From Acutalibacteraceae bacterium (lineage in GTDB: Bacteria > Bacillota > Clostridia > Oscillospirales > Acutalibacteraceae), in the NCBI GenBank assembly GCA_045533875.1, contig JAZSIQ010000107.1, forward strand, positions 14,673 through 78,672: a DNA stretch of 64,000 bases, in the 5' to 3' direction. Position numbers and translations under genes: made by a program. The notes under the pieces are model-generated. The model had not been told where the DNA came from, made no database searches, and saw only the letters and a program-made list of their open reading frames with translations. This document shows positions 30,500-40,244 of the stretch, one piece after another (the stretch's first letter is position 1; the number at the start of each line of letters is the position of its first letter).

Positions 30500-31462
30500 T
30501 CAGATAACTCCCGAAATGCCTATCATAAGCGGAATTGTGAGGATTGACATGAGGCTTACCGCCGAAACAACCTGAGAGGCAAGGCCTGTGTCACATCCGT
30601 ACTTTGCCGCAAACATAACTGTGTTATTTGCAGGCGGAGCGCTTGAGCTTATAACAAGCGAGGTGAGCAGCGCACCTTCTATTGAGAAGAGTTTGTAAAT
30701 AACAATCATTATTGCGGGCAGGGCAATAAGCTTGAGCCCTGCAACGCTGAGGATACGCCAGTTTTTGAACATGGATTTGAAATCGGCATGAGCCATGTAT
30801 GTGCCGAACATGAGCATTGCAAGCGGAGTGTTAAGGCTTGCAATATAGCTTGAGGGCTTAAGGATAACCTCCGGCACGGTGATTCCCGAAAGGAAGAGGG
30901 GCAGACCGATTATAACGGCAATTACGCCGGGATTGAGCAGGATTTTCTTGAAATTGATTTCAACCTTTTCTGCGCCCTCGATTTTAGTTCCCTTGCTCAT
31001 AATGTATATGCCGTGGGTGAAGCTGAAAATCTGGAAAGAAATAATTACCGCAGAGCAGTAGAACACACCTTCAGGCCCTACTATTGCGCTTACGAGAGGC
31101 AGCGACATATAGCCGCAGTTGCCGTAAGCGGAGGAGTATTTGTAGATTGCCGCCTTGTCTTTGGGTGAGCGGTTGAAGGAAACCGAGCACAGCGCAACCG
31201 CCACAATGTGAAGCAGAGCTCCGCAGCCCATGGCGATAAACAGCTTTTTTGCGGTTTCGGGTGTGTATTCGAGGGTGATAAAGGATTCAACTATCTTGAA
31301 CGGGGTTACAATATAGAACAGCAGGTCGGTGCATTTAAGGGCTGTTTTTTCGGTGTAAAGCCCTGCTTTGTCTGCAATAAATCCGACTGCCACTATAATG
31401 TATAAAATGGCAACCTGCTTAGCTGAAAGCAGCATGCCGTCAAGCATTTCGGTAAAATTCAT
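30500..31462 (-). CDS. AEC (auxin efflux carrier) family transporter
   Basis: ~10 TM; GNCGYMSLPLV, NPGVIA, KLIALP, APPANNT. Confidence 0.88.
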   Translation of the reverse strand: MNFTEMLDGMLLSAKQVAILYIIVAVGFIADKAGLYTEKTALKCTDLLFYIVTPFKIVESFITLEYTPETAKKLFIAMGCGALLHIVAVALCSVSFNRSPKDKAAIYKYSSAYGNCGYMSLPLVSAIVGPEGVFYCSAVIISFQIFSFTHGIYIMSKGTKIEGAEKVEINFKKILLNPGVIAVIIGLPLFLSGITVPEVILKPSSYIASLNTPLAMLMFGTYMAHADFKSMFKNWRILSVAGLKLIALPAIMIVIYKLFSIEGALLTSLVISSSAPPANNTVMFAAKYGCDTGLASQVVSAVSLMSILTIPLMIGISGVI

Positions 31463-31488
31463 AGTTACAAATACGCTTTCAAAAAATA

Positions 31489-32382
31489 TTATTCTTCGCT
31501 GTTTTCAGCGAGCGCTTCTTCCTTTGCATCGGCATTTCCGCCTGTCCAGCCGATTCTTGTGAATACAACTGAAAGGATGAAAAGAGCAACGCCGATATCG
31601 CAGTATTCAACGTTTGAGTACTCATAAAGCATTTCCTGATTGCCGCTGAGTAATACAATAAATCTGGGAACAAAGCAAATTAAAGCAAGGGTTGCGGCGG
31701 GCAGACCGTAGCCTACCAGCTTCCAGTCAAGCCCTTTTGATTCGATTTTGGAATTGAGCTGAGAGAATGCCATAAAGAACATAAGCATAAACGCAAGCAT
31801 AAACAGCTCGAAAAGAAGGTCGGAAACCTTGATGAAGCTTATTGTTCTTGTGAAACGGTAAACAAGGCGGAACATGCACCACACAACGGGGGAAAGGGAG
31901 ATGATTTTATACTCCGAAGCGTTGGATGAGCCTGAAATTACGCTCAGACCGAAAACGACGAAATAAATAGCGGTAAGAATTCCGAAAATGCACTGCGCAG
32001 CGATTACGAGAATGGGAGTGCCGGGAGCATCAACATCCTGATAAGCAACCATGCCTATAAGACTGTTGAGCGACAGCGCTGTTTCAAAAAGCACGGAGAT
32101 TGCCGCAACAAGAGAGAGTATGCCCTGACCGGGTCGCTTTTCAACGCTGCGGTCAAAGCCGAGCTCTTTTTTGTAAATAAGAGCTGCCGCAATACTGATA
32201 ACCAGACCTGCAGCAGTTGCAAAATAAAGGGCATAAATGCTCCAATGCTCGCCGCTGAAGAAGCCTGTGCCGGGTTCAAGAACACCTGCAAGGAACTGAT
32301 ATGTTCTTAAAGGTAACGCAATAAGCACAACAATGCAGAAGGCGATTGTTGAAATAAGGAAACCTGTATTTTTGTTTTTCAT
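31489..32382 (-). CDS. Uncharacterized polytopic membrane protein
   Basis: 8-9 hydrophobic segments; no recognised motif. Confidence 0.7.
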   Translation of the reverse strand: MKNKNTGFLISTIAFCIVVLIALPLRTYQFLAGVLEPGTGFFSGEHWSIYALYFATAAGLVISIAAALIYKKELGFDRSVEKRPGQGILSLVAAISVLFETALSLNSLIGMVAYQDVDAPGTPILVIAAQCIFGILTAIYFVVFGLSVISGSSNASEYKIISLSPVVWCMFRLVYRFTRTISFIKVSDLLFELFMLAFMLMFFMAFSQLNSKIESKGLDWKLVGYGLPAATLALICFVPRFIVLLSGNQEMLYEYSNVEYCDIGVALFILSVVFTRIGWTGGNADAKEEALAENSEE

Positions 32383-32418
32383 AAGCTGCACCGCCAATCA
32401 ATATTAAAGTAGTTTGTT

Positions 32419-33795
32419 TTATCTGTTTGAAAGAGGAACGTATTTTTCGGGCTTGTTGAGATTCTTGTAAGCCGGACGGATAATTCTGCCGCCTGTGAGC
32501 AATTCCTCAATTCTGTGGGCTGACCAGCCCGCAACTCTTGCAACGGTGAAGATGGGGGTGAAAAGATCCTCAGGGATAGCAAGCATTTTGTAAACAAGGC
32601 CTGAATAAAGGTCTACGTTTGCGCACATAACCTTTCTTTCTCCTTTATAACGGGTGAAAATCTGAGGAGTAAGCTTTTCGATAAGGTCAAGAAGCTTGAA
32701 CTCAGCCTCAAACTCGGTGCCTGCAGAGAATTCCCTTGCGTGAGCCTTGAGGATTTTTGCTCTCGGGTCAGAAAGGGTATAGATAGCGTGACCCATACCG
32801 TAAATAAGACCTGAGCCGTCTCCTGCTTCTTTTTTGATGATTTTTGCCAGAAAATCCGCAACCTGACCTTCGTTTGAAATGTCTTCAACTCCGTTTTTGA
32901 TGTGCGAAACCATGTCGGTAACCTTGATGTTTGCGCCGCCGTGCTTGGGTCCCTTGAGAGCGCCTATTCCTGCCGCAATTGCGGAATAAGTGTCGGTACC
33001 GCTGGAGGTAAGAACTCTGTTTGCAAAGGTTGAGTTGTTACCGCCGCCGTGCTCTGCGTGCACCATAAGGCAAACGTCAAGCAGTTTTGCTTCCTCAAGA
33101 GTGAACTTTCTGTCAGACCTGATGGAGTTAAGCACCGCCTGTGCGGTGGTATGGTCAGGCTTAATCTGATGAATGTACATACTCTTGTGGTAATAATGTC
33201 TGCGCTTTACCTGATAAGCGTATGCCATTATAGCGGGCATTTTTGCGATTATCTGAATGGTCTGGCGAAGAACATTTTCAACTGAAGTGTCATCGGGATT
33301 TTCATCGTAGGAGTAAAGAGCAAGCACGGAGCGTGCAAGCTTGTTCATGATATCGGGCGAGGGAGCCTTCATTATCATATCCTCAATGAAATCCTCGGGC
33401 AATTCTCTGTTTGCCGCAAGCAGACGGGTGAAGGAATCAAGCTGATTTTCATCGGGCAGAGTGCCGAAAAGCAGAAGCCATACGATTTCTTCGTAGCCGA
33501 AGCGGTCTTCTTTTTCACAGCCTGCGACTATATCGCTCATGTTGATTCCTCTGAAGTTGAGTCGGCCTTCCCTGGGGATTTTTTCGCCGTCGTCAATATA
33601 GTAACCGTCAACGCTGCATACGTTGGAAATGCCTGTCATAACACCCGTGCCGTCAGCGTTTCTCAAGCCTCTTTTGATTCTGAATCTTTCAAAATCGGCA
33701 GGGTCAATGCGGTTATATTCCTTAATCTGACTGCATAATTCTTTAAGTGTGAGTTCCTGTGAGCCTGAATGCTCGGTAGTGAATTCGATACCCAA
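32419..33795 (-). CDS. gltA: Citrate synthase
   Basis: HAEHGGGNNST, GPKHGGAN, GMGHAIY, NVDLYSG, RIIRP. Confidence 0.93.
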   Translation of the reverse strand: MGIEFTTEHSGSQELTLKELCSQIKEYNRIDPADFERFRIKRGLRNADGTGVMTGISNVCSVDGYYIDDGEKIPREGRLNFRGINMSDIVAGCEKEDRFGYEEIVWLLLFGTLPDENQLDSFTRLLAANRELPEDFIEDMIMKAPSPDIMNKLARSVLALYSYDENPDDTSVENVLRQTIQIIAKMPAIMAYAYQVKRRHYYHKSMYIHQIKPDHTTAQAVLNSIRSDRKFTLEEAKLLDVCLMVHAEHGGGNNSTFANRVLTSSGTDTYSAIAAGIGALKGPKHGGANIKVTDMVSHIKNGVEDISNEGQVADFLAKIIKKEAGDGSGLIYGMGHAIYTLSDPRAKILKAHAREFSAGTEFEAEFKLLDLIEKLTPQIFTRYKGERKVMCANVDLYSGLVYKMLAIPEDLFTPIFTVARVAGWSAHRIEELLTGGRIIRPAYKNLNKPEKYVPLSNR

Positions 33796-33893
33796 TTTAT
33801 AGCCTCCTTGTAAAAGGGATATTACTCCAAGTTAATTGCGTTATATTATACACCTTATAATATATAAAAGTCAAGAAGAAAGGATGATTAACA

Positions 33894-34868
33894 GTGAGGA
33901 TTTATGCGGTGATATGCATGATAGTGGCATTTGCTATGGTGATAGCTCCCACGGCGGCTCTGGGTAAGGAGGAGAGAAGCCGTGAGGAGGTTACGCAGGC
34001 GGCAAGCGAAAAGCAGGAGGATGCCGATACTATTGCCGTGCTTGCGGCGGCATCGGGCAAGGTTGAGGAGATAGAAATGAGAGAGTATCTTATCGGTGTT
34101 ACTGCGGCGGAAATTTCCCCTCTGAGCCATGAGGAGGCGATAAAAGCGCAGGCGGTTGCCGCCTATACTTACGCCCTTTACACAAGAAATAAAAACCGAA
34201 AATCCGAAAACGATTCCCTTAAAGGGGCTGATATCACGGATTCAAGCGCCACTCATCAGGCTTATCACGGCAAGGGAAAAAGGCAGGAGCGTTTCGGTGA
34301 GAATTTTGATGAATACGAAAAGAAAATATCGGCTGCGGTGGATGATGTGCTCGGCATATACATGGTGTATGACGGTGAGCCCGTGCTTGCTGTTTATCAT
34401 GGCATAAGCAACGGAAAAACACAGAGCGCAAAGGGCTTGTGGGGGAGCGAAATCCCTTACCTGCAAAGTGTTTCGAGCGCCGGTGATGAGCTTTCACCCG
34501 ATTATTCGGACACTGTGATTTATACAGTTGAGCAGTTTGAAGAATGTATGGGAGAGCTTGGCGCCGAACCCGAAGGCGATGCGGAGGATTGGCTCGGAAA
34601 GCTTGAGGAAAATTCCGACGGATATGTGAAAACCCTTGAAATCTGCGGCAAAAAATATACGGGTGTTCAGGTGAGAAAAGCATTCGGGTTAAAAAGTGCG
34701 TCGTTTACTGTTGAGTATACCGAAGCAGGCTTCAGATTCAGAACCCTCGGCTACGGTCACGGCGTGGGAATGAGCCAGTATGCGGCGGATTACATGGCAC
34801 GGCAGGGGAGCGGCTGGCAGGAAATTCTTGAGCATTATTACACGGGAATCGAATTTGCGAAAATATAG
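33894..34868 (+). CDS. spoIID: Stage II sporulation protein D
   Basis: EYLIGVTAAE, EAIKAQAVAAYTY, PYLQSV, GYGHGVGMSQY. Confidence 0.9.
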   Translation: MRIYAVICMIVAFAMVIAPTAALGKEERSREEVTQAASEKQEDADTIAVLAAASGKVEEIEMREYLIGVTAAEISPLSHEEAIKAQAVAAYTYALYTRNKNRKSENDSLKGADITDSSATHQAYHGKGKRQERFGENFDEYEKKISAAVDDVLGIYMVYDGEPVLAVYHGISNGKTQSAKGLWGSEIPYLQSVSSAGDELSPDYSDTVIYTVEQFEECMGELGAEPEGDAEDWLGKLEENSDGYVKTLEICGKKYTGVQVRKAFGLKSASFTVEYTEAGFRFRTLGYGHGVGMSQYAADYMARQGSGWQEILEHYYTGIEFAKI

Positions 34869-34938
34869 TCAATTCGCTTGTAATAAAAGGATTTTTGTGA
34901 TATACTGTTTTCCATTGATTGCGGAAAGGACAGTAGTT

Positions 34939-35721
34939 ATGAGCGGCATTTTTGAGAAAACAAAGTATTTTATAGTTGACATGGACGGCACCTTTTACCT
35001 TGACGGCACCATTATCCCCGGTGCGGATGAATTCCTTAAAGCCGTGCGTGAAAGCGGAAGGGATTTTTATTTTTTCACAAATAACTCCTCCAATAATGTT
35101 GAGGTTTGCCGCAGCAAGCTTGAAAAAATGGGCTTTCCCGTTGATGAAAAAAGAGTTATAATTTCTTCCCATGTTGCAATTGATTATATTAAAAGAAATT
35201 ACGCAGGCAAGCGTGTTTTTCTGCTCGGCAATGAAAGACTTACGGGCGATTTTCTTGCGGCGGGAATTGAGCTTGTAAACGATAACCCCGATGTTGTGGT
35301 GCTCGGTTTTGACACTACTCTTACCTATCAGAAAATGTGGGATGCGGTAAGGTTCCTTGCAGACGGAGTTGATTATATCGCCACCCATCCCGATAAAAAC
35401 TGCCCCACGGCGGACGGATATATGCCTGACACAGGCTCCATGATTGAGCTTTTTGCCGCTTCAACGGGCAGAAGACCCGTTGTGCTCGGCAAGCCCATGA
35501 CCGCAACGGTTGATTATGTTAAGAACTTCCTCGGTTGCGAGGCTGAAGAGCTTGCATTTATAGGTGACCGCCTTGAAACTGATATTGCAATCGGCTGCAA
35601 TCACGGCATTCCCTGCGCTCTTGTTTACAGCGGAGTTACCACCCCCGAAATGTATGCCGCATCTCCATTTAAGGCGAGCGTTGCGGAGGAAAACATGAAG
35701 GCGCTTATCAAGTATCTTTAA
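34939..35721 (+). CDS. HAD-IIA hydrolase (NagD-like)
   Basis: DMDGT, TNNS, GKP, GDRLETDI; the ORF-track N-terminal extension overlaps spoIID and was trimmed. Confidence 0.9.
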   Translation: MSGIFEKTKYFIVDMDGTFYLDGTIIPGADEFLKAVRESGRDFYFFTNNSSNNVEVCRSKLEKMGFPVDEKRVIISSHVAIDYIKRNYAGKRVFLLGNERLTGDFLAAGIELVNDNPDVVVLGFDTTLTYQKMWDAVRFLADGVDYIATHPDKNCPTADGYMPDTGSMIELFAASTGRRPVVLGKPMTATVDYVKNFLGCEAEELAFIGDRLETDIAIGCNHGIPCALVYSGVTTPEMYAASPFKASVAEENMKALIKYL

Positions 35722-35761
35722 GAAAGAGGTGCTTTACGCCCTCTGCGGTGTTTATATAAAA

Positions 35762-35818
35762 AGTCAGTTCGAGACCTTCCTGACTGATGCTTTGTGCATC
35801 GAATCAAAACTAAAGGAG
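35762..35818 (+). ncRNA. preQ1 class I riboswitch with inserted hairpin
   Basis: P1 AGTCAG/CTGACT, 12-nt loop TTCGAG-ACCTTC, tail AAAACTAA abutting the GGAG RBS of queT; extra gatgc/gcatc hairpin. Confidence 0.8.
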
Positions 35819-35825
35819 AATAAAA

Positions 35826-36341
35826 ATGAATAAGAACAAAAAAGTCATCCTGCTTGCGCAGGGTGCCATGATAGCTGCGGCGTATGCGGCGGCAACATGG
35901 CTAAGTGCGGTGTTCGGCATCGCATACGGAGCGGTTCAGTTCCGCTTTTCGGAGGCGCTTACCGTGCTCAGCGTTTTTACTCCCGCGGCTGTGCCGGGGC
36001 TTACGGTGGGCTGTATACTCGGCAATATTTCAAGCCCTTACGGTGTGTGGGATATTCTGATAGGCTCGCTTGCAACCTTGCTTGCGGCTTTTTCGGCAAG
36101 GGCGCTGAGAAACATTAAAATCAAAGAGCTTCCGCTTTTTTCGATACTTATGCCGGTTGTGTTCAATGCTCTTATAATCGGCGCAGAGGTGACTTTTTTT
36201 CTCGGCTCGGATGCCACATTTTCAGGCTTTGCGCTCAGCGCTGCTCAGGTAGGAGCGGGCGAGCTTGCAGTGTGCCTCGCAGGCGGAATTCCTCTTTTTT
36301 ACGCAATAAACAAATCGGGAATATTTAAAAAACTCAAATAA
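35826..36341 (+). CDS. queT: QueT family queuosine-precursor transporter
   Basis: AMIAAAYAA, QFRFSEAL, GLTVGCILGN; preceded by a preQ1 motif. Confidence 0.9.
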   Translation: MNKNKKVILLAQGAMIAAAYAAATWLSAVFGIAYGAVQFRFSEALTVLSVFTPAAVPGLTVGCILGNISSPYGVWDILIGSLATLLAAFSARALRNIKIKELPLFSILMPVVFNALIIGAEVTFFLGSDATFSGFALSAAQVGAGELAVCLAGGIPLFYAINKSGIFKKLK

Positions 36342-36348
36342 ATAAAAT

Positions 36349-36385
36349 TTGACCGTAACTCCTCAACAAACGGAGCTACGGTCAA
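36349..36385. terminator. Terminator between convergent genes
   Basis: ttgaccgtaactcc/ggagctacggtcaa. Confidence 0.65.
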
Positions 36386-36392
36386 TTCAATT

Positions 36393-37526
36393 TTATTCAA
36401 GTTCTTTTGCAATATTTGCAAGCTCTTCTCTTATCTTTATATGCTGAGGGCAGACCTCTTCACACAGTCCGCAGTTGAGGCATTCCGATGCCTTGCCCGC
36501 ATCCTCGGTGTTCCTGTTGTAACCGCCCTTTGCGTTTTCAAGATTGCCGTACATTTTGTATGTATTCATAACCTTGAAAAGCGAAGGAATTTTAATTTTT
36601 GCAGGGCAGCCCTCAACGCAGTATTCACAGTTGGTGCAGGGGATATTGGCAAGTGAATTCATGATTTCGCCCGCTTTTTCAACGGTTTTGCGTTCACAGT
36701 CGGAGAGAGGAGAGAAATCTTTCATATAAGAGATATTGTCCTCAAGCTGCTCGGGGGTTGACATACCTGACAAAACGGTTATTATTCCGTCCAATGATGC
36801 TGCAAAGCGTATTGCCCAGGATGCACAGGAGGCATCGGGGTCGGCTGCTTTGAAAATTTCTTCCACCTCTTTAACGGGAGAGGCAAGTTTGCCGCCCTTA
36901 ACGGGCTCCATAATAATTACAGGCTTGTTGTGCTTGCGTGCAACCTCGTAGCATTTGCGTGCTTCAATATCGGGGCTTTCCCAGTCAATGTAATTTATCT
37001 GAAGCTGAACGAATTCTGCCTCTGGATGGGCGGTGAGAATTTCATCAAGCACATCGGCTTTATCGTGGAAGGAGAATCCCACATGGCGGATAAGTCCTTC
37101 CTCTTTTTTCTTGAATACAAAATTCCAAATATCAAATTCATCATAGAATTTAGTGCGGTTTCCGCCGAGATTGTGGAGAAGATAATAGTCAAAATATCCT
37201 GCTCCCGTGCGCTCAAGAGAGGTATAAAAGAGCTGCTGAGCATCCTCTTTTGTTTTTACGCCCTCCCATGACGGAAGCTTTGTTGCAAGCTGGAAACTGC
37301 TTCTTTCGTATCTGTCAACCAGCGCAGCCTTTGCCGCTTTTTCGCTTTCACCCTCGTTATAGCTGTAAGCGGTGTCAAAATAGGTGAATCCGTTTGCCAT
37401 GAAGGCATCCACCATCTGCTTGGTTTGCTCAATGTCAATTATTTCCTTGCCGTCAACGGTTGTTTTGGGCAGACGCATAAGACCGAAACCGAGCTTCTTG
37501 ATGTTTTCGCCGAGATATTTTTCCAT
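36393..37526 (-). CDS. Aldo/keto reductase with C-terminal 4Fe-4S domain
   Basis: LGFGLMRLP, YFDTAYSY, GFSFH, IMEPVKGG, CTNCEYC and CLNCGLCEEVCP. Confidence 0.92.
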   Translation of the reverse strand: MEKYLGENIKKLGFGLMRLPKTTVDGKEIIDIEQTKQMVDAFMANGFTYFDTAYSYNEGESEKAAKAALVDRYERSSFQLATKLPSWEGVKTKEDAQQLFYTSLERTGAGYFDYYLLHNLGGNRTKFYDEFDIWNFVFKKKEEGLIRHVGFSFHDKADVLDEILTAHPEAEFVQLQINYIDWESPDIEARKCYEVARKHNKPVIIMEPVKGGKLASPVKEVEEIFKAADPDASCASWAIRFAASLDGIITVLSGMSTPEQLEDNISYMKDFSPLSDCERKTVEKAGEIMNSLANIPCTNCEYCVEGCPAKIKIPSLFKVMNTYKMYGNLENAKGGYNRNTEDAGKASECLNCGLCEEVCPQHIKIREELANIAKELE

Positions 37527-37566
37527 AAAGAAGTCCTCCGAGTGTTGTTTATAATGTTATTTTTGA

Positions 37567-37595
37567 ATTATAACAGAAAAACATTGCATTGTAAA
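37567..37595 (-). promoter_or_regulatory. sigmaA promoter of the aldo/keto reductase gene
   Basis: TTTACA-17-TATAAT. Confidence 0.65.
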
Positions 37596-37599
37596 GTGG

Positions 37600-38163
37600 T
37601 CAGTACCTGTTAAGGCAAACGTATGCCGCCTTGTGCGAGGCGCAGTCGGGGATTATATCGGCGGTTGAACGGTAAAAATCGGCGTATTCGGGTAAAAACA
37701 GAAATTCGCTCACAGAATCGGGACGGTTGCCGAGAGCGATTTTACTCATCAGCTTTTCTCCTGTTTTCAGCTTTTCAGCATAGCTTTTACCGCCGCATTT
37801 CCATTGTATATATTTTGCCGTAAGCTGTACTTCAACGGAAAAATAATCGCTCTGTACACAGTTGAGACCAAGCAGAAAAAGCGTTTCACAGTCAGCTTTG
37901 CCCGTGGCGGGGATGCCTTTTTCCTCCTGAAAATCCTTGATTGCACGGCGTACCTCAAGCGAATATCCGCCGTCAGGCTGACCCTTATAATACCCTGAAT
38001 CTCTCAGCTTTTCTTGCAGAAGCCTCACTTCTTCGCCGTTGGCGCCGGGTGAAATTACGCTTATGCTTTCTTTTTCGTAGAGCGAGGAAAACAACATAAG
38101 CAGCACCGTGTTGAGAGCAAGAATTATAACTATTTTCCACGCTCTTGTTATTTTTTCTTCCAA
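37600..38163 (-). CDS. Peptidoglycan-binding protein with degenerate SleB-like C-terminus
   Basis: TM/signal, then PG_binding_1 (GANGEEVRLLQEKL..AIKDFQEEKGIPATG), then a truncated Hydrolase_2-like segment. Confidence 0.7.
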   Translation of the reverse strand: MEEKITRAWKIVIILALNTVLLMLFSSLYEKESISVISPGANGEEVRLLQEKLRDSGYYKGQPDGGYSLEVRRAIKDFQEEKGIPATGKADCETLFLLGLNCVQSDYFSVEVQLTAKYIQWKCGGKSYAEKLKTGEKLMSKIALGNRPDSVSEFLFLPEYADFYRSTADIIPDCASHKAAYVCLNRY

Positions 38164-38262
38164 ATTTTATCCGCACCTTTTCCTGTTTTAATATTATTTT
38201 TAGTTTTCACCGGCTTACAAACCGATTTAAATAGCGGAAAAAACAAAAGCATAAAATTCCTG

Positions 38263-38310
38263 TTGACACGGAAAACAAAGTGTGATATATTCTAATCGAA
38301 CAAATGTTCG
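38263..38310 (+). promoter_or_regulatory. sigmaA promoter with LexA (Cheo) box
   Basis: TTGACA(38263)-17-TATATT; perfect CGAAC-AAAT-GTTCG at 38297-38310 upstream of dinB. Confidence 0.9.
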
Positions 38311-38326
38311 AAAGAAGGAAAGAAAA

Positions 38327-39505
38327 ATGTCAGACAGGGAGATACTCCATTGTGACCTTGATAATTTTTTTGCAAGCGTTGAAACTTTTTACAGACCCGA
38401 ACTCGGCAAGGTGCCGATGGCTGTGTGCGGAAGCGAAGAGGAGCGCCACGGCATCGTTCTGGCAAAAAATCAGCTTGCAAAGCAATACGGGGTAAAAACG
38501 GCTCAGGCAATCTGGCAGGCAAAGCAACTTTGCCCCTCGCTTGTTACGGTTGAACCGCATTATGACAGATATGTTGAATTCTCAAGGCGGGCAAGAGCTG
38601 TTTATGATAGCTATACCGATATGGTTGAGCCTTTCGGAATTGATGAATGCTGGCTCGATGTTACGGGCAGCCGCCTTATTTTCGGCAGCGGAGAGGATAT
38701 AGCCAGGCAGATAAACCGCAGAATAAAGGAAGAAATCGGTATCACGGTTTCGGTCGGAGTAAGTTTTAACAAATGCTTTTCAAAGCTCGGAAGTGACCTC
38801 AACAAGCCTGACGGAGTAACTCTTATCACAAGAGAAAATTTCAAAGATACCGTGTGGGGGCTGCCGGTGCAATCCCTGCTGTGGGTGGGAAAAAGCACTC
38901 TTGCAACGCTTCAGCGCCTTGGAATTTACACGATAGGAGATATTTGCCGCACGAGGCTTTCCGTTCTGGAGGCGGTGCTCGGTAAAAACGGCAAATCGCT
39001 TTATGCAAATGCAATGGGTATGGATGCCTCACCCGTTATCAGGGAAAGCGAGCAGCCGCCGGCAAAGAGCATAGGCAAAAGCGTTACCGGCAGGGAGGAT
39101 TTGAAAAGCGACCTTGAGGTTTACAGGGTGCTGCTTGGTCTTTGCGAAGAGGTTTCGGAAAAGCTGAGAAGCTGTTCCTTGCTTGCGGGCGGAATTCAGA
39201 TTCATATACGGGACAGTATGCTGGTTTGCGCCGAAAAGAGCATGAAGCTTGAAAGGCCCACCCGCCTTGCAAAGGAGCTTGCCAACGAGGGCTTCAGGCT
39301 GTTCAAAAGCAGTTGGCAGTGGCACAGGCAGGTGCGCTCAATCGGAATAAGGGCAACAAGGCTTGTGTGTGACGGGGTGGATTTTCAGCTTGAATTTGAT
39401 TACGATTACAGCAGGGCGGTGCGTGAAGAACGGCTTGAAGAGAGCGTTGACTTGCTCAGAAAACGCTACGGCAGGCAGGCTGTGGTGAGGGCTGCATTGC
39501 TTTAA
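38327..39505 (+). CDS. dinB: DNA polymerase IV
   Basis: ILHCDLDNFFASVE, GIDECWLD, SKLGSDLNKPDG; LexA box. Confidence 0.93.
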   Translation: MSDREILHCDLDNFFASVETFYRPELGKVPMAVCGSEEERHGIVLAKNQLAKQYGVKTAQAIWQAKQLCPSLVTVEPHYDRYVEFSRRARAVYDSYTDMVEPFGIDECWLDVTGSRLIFGSGEDIARQINRRIKEEIGITVSVGVSFNKCFSKLGSDLNKPDGVTLITRENFKDTVWGLPVQSLLWVGKSTLATLQRLGIYTIGDICRTRLSVLEAVLGKNGKSLYANAMGMDASPVIRESEQPPAKSIGKSVTGREDLKSDLEVYRVLLGLCEEVSEKLRSCSLLAGGIQIHIRDSMLVCAEKSMKLERPTRLAKELANEGFRLFKSSWQWHRQVRSIGIRATRLVCDGVDFQLEFDYDYSRAVREERLEESVDLLRKRYGRQAVVRAALL

Positions 39506-39558
39506 AATCAATGCTTTCGCTCAAAGAAACAAAAAAACGGTGAATTTATGTGGAAATG

Positions 39559-39620
39559 TAACAAAAATTTTGTTATAAGTAAAAATTGTTGTTGACAAAT
39601 GTTTAAATTTCTATTATGAT
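39559..39620 (+). promoter_or_regulatory. sigmaA promoter of sigH with upstream palindrome
   Basis: TTGACA(39592)-17-TATGAT; TAACAAAA-A-TTTTGTTA at 39559-39575. Confidence 0.65.
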
Positions 39621-39653
39621 ATTACTCAATTAAGGGCTTTGCGAGGTGTTTTT

Positions 39654-40241
39654 ATGCCCCGTGCAAAAAAATCTTCATTAAAGGTAGAAGAGCTCGTCCT
39701 TCTCGCCCAGCAGGGTGACGATAAAGCCATGGCTCAGCTTGTGGCGGAGGTTACCCCTATTGCAGCGGCAAAGGCAGCTTCTTATAAAGCCAAAGAGCTT
39801 CGCTTGTTTAATGAGGATTTGATTCAGGAGGGCATGCTCGGTTTCCTTGATGCAGTAAGAACCTTTTCGCCCGAGGGCGGCGCATCCTTCCGTACTTATG
39901 CGGATGTTTGCATTAATAACCGCATTATAGCGGCGGTTCGTCTGCATTGCAACGCAAAGAATTTTGCGCTCTCATCGGCAATAGGCTTTGAGAATGAGGA
40001 AAACGGCAGTTCGGCCTGTGCGAGCGACCCTCAGGATATCGTAGATACCCGAGCGGGTGCCGCTATGGTTGAGGAGCTGGTGTCAAGCAAGGCAGGGCTT
40101 ACTGAGCTTGAAAAGAAGGTAGCTCATCTCAAGCTCGCAGGTTGCAGCTATGCTCAGATTTCCGCTTCCCTCGGAGTAGGCGAAAAAACAGTCGATAATG
40201 CCCTTCAGCGTGTCAAGAAAAAATTGCGCGCAAAACTTTGA
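39654..40241 (+). CDS. sigH: RNA polymerase sigma-H-like factor
   Basis: EDLIQEGMLG, SFRTYADVCI, LTELEKKV, KTVDNALQRVKKKL. Confidence 0.8.
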   Translation: MPRAKKSSLKVEELVLLAQQGDDKAMAQLVAEVTPIAAAKAASYKAKELRLFNEDLIQEGMLGFLDAVRTFSPEGGASFRTYADVCINNRIIAAVRLHCNAKNFALSSAIGFENEENGSSACASDPQDIVDTRAGAAMVEELVSSKAGLTELEKKVAHLKLAGCSYAQISASLGVGEKTVDNALQRVKKKLRAKL

Positions 40242-40244
40242 TAT

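Noticed and set aside
34780-34938. N-terminal extension of the HAD-IIA ORF
   Set aside because: It overlaps the spoIID 3' end and the promoter region; the RBS supports ATG 34939.
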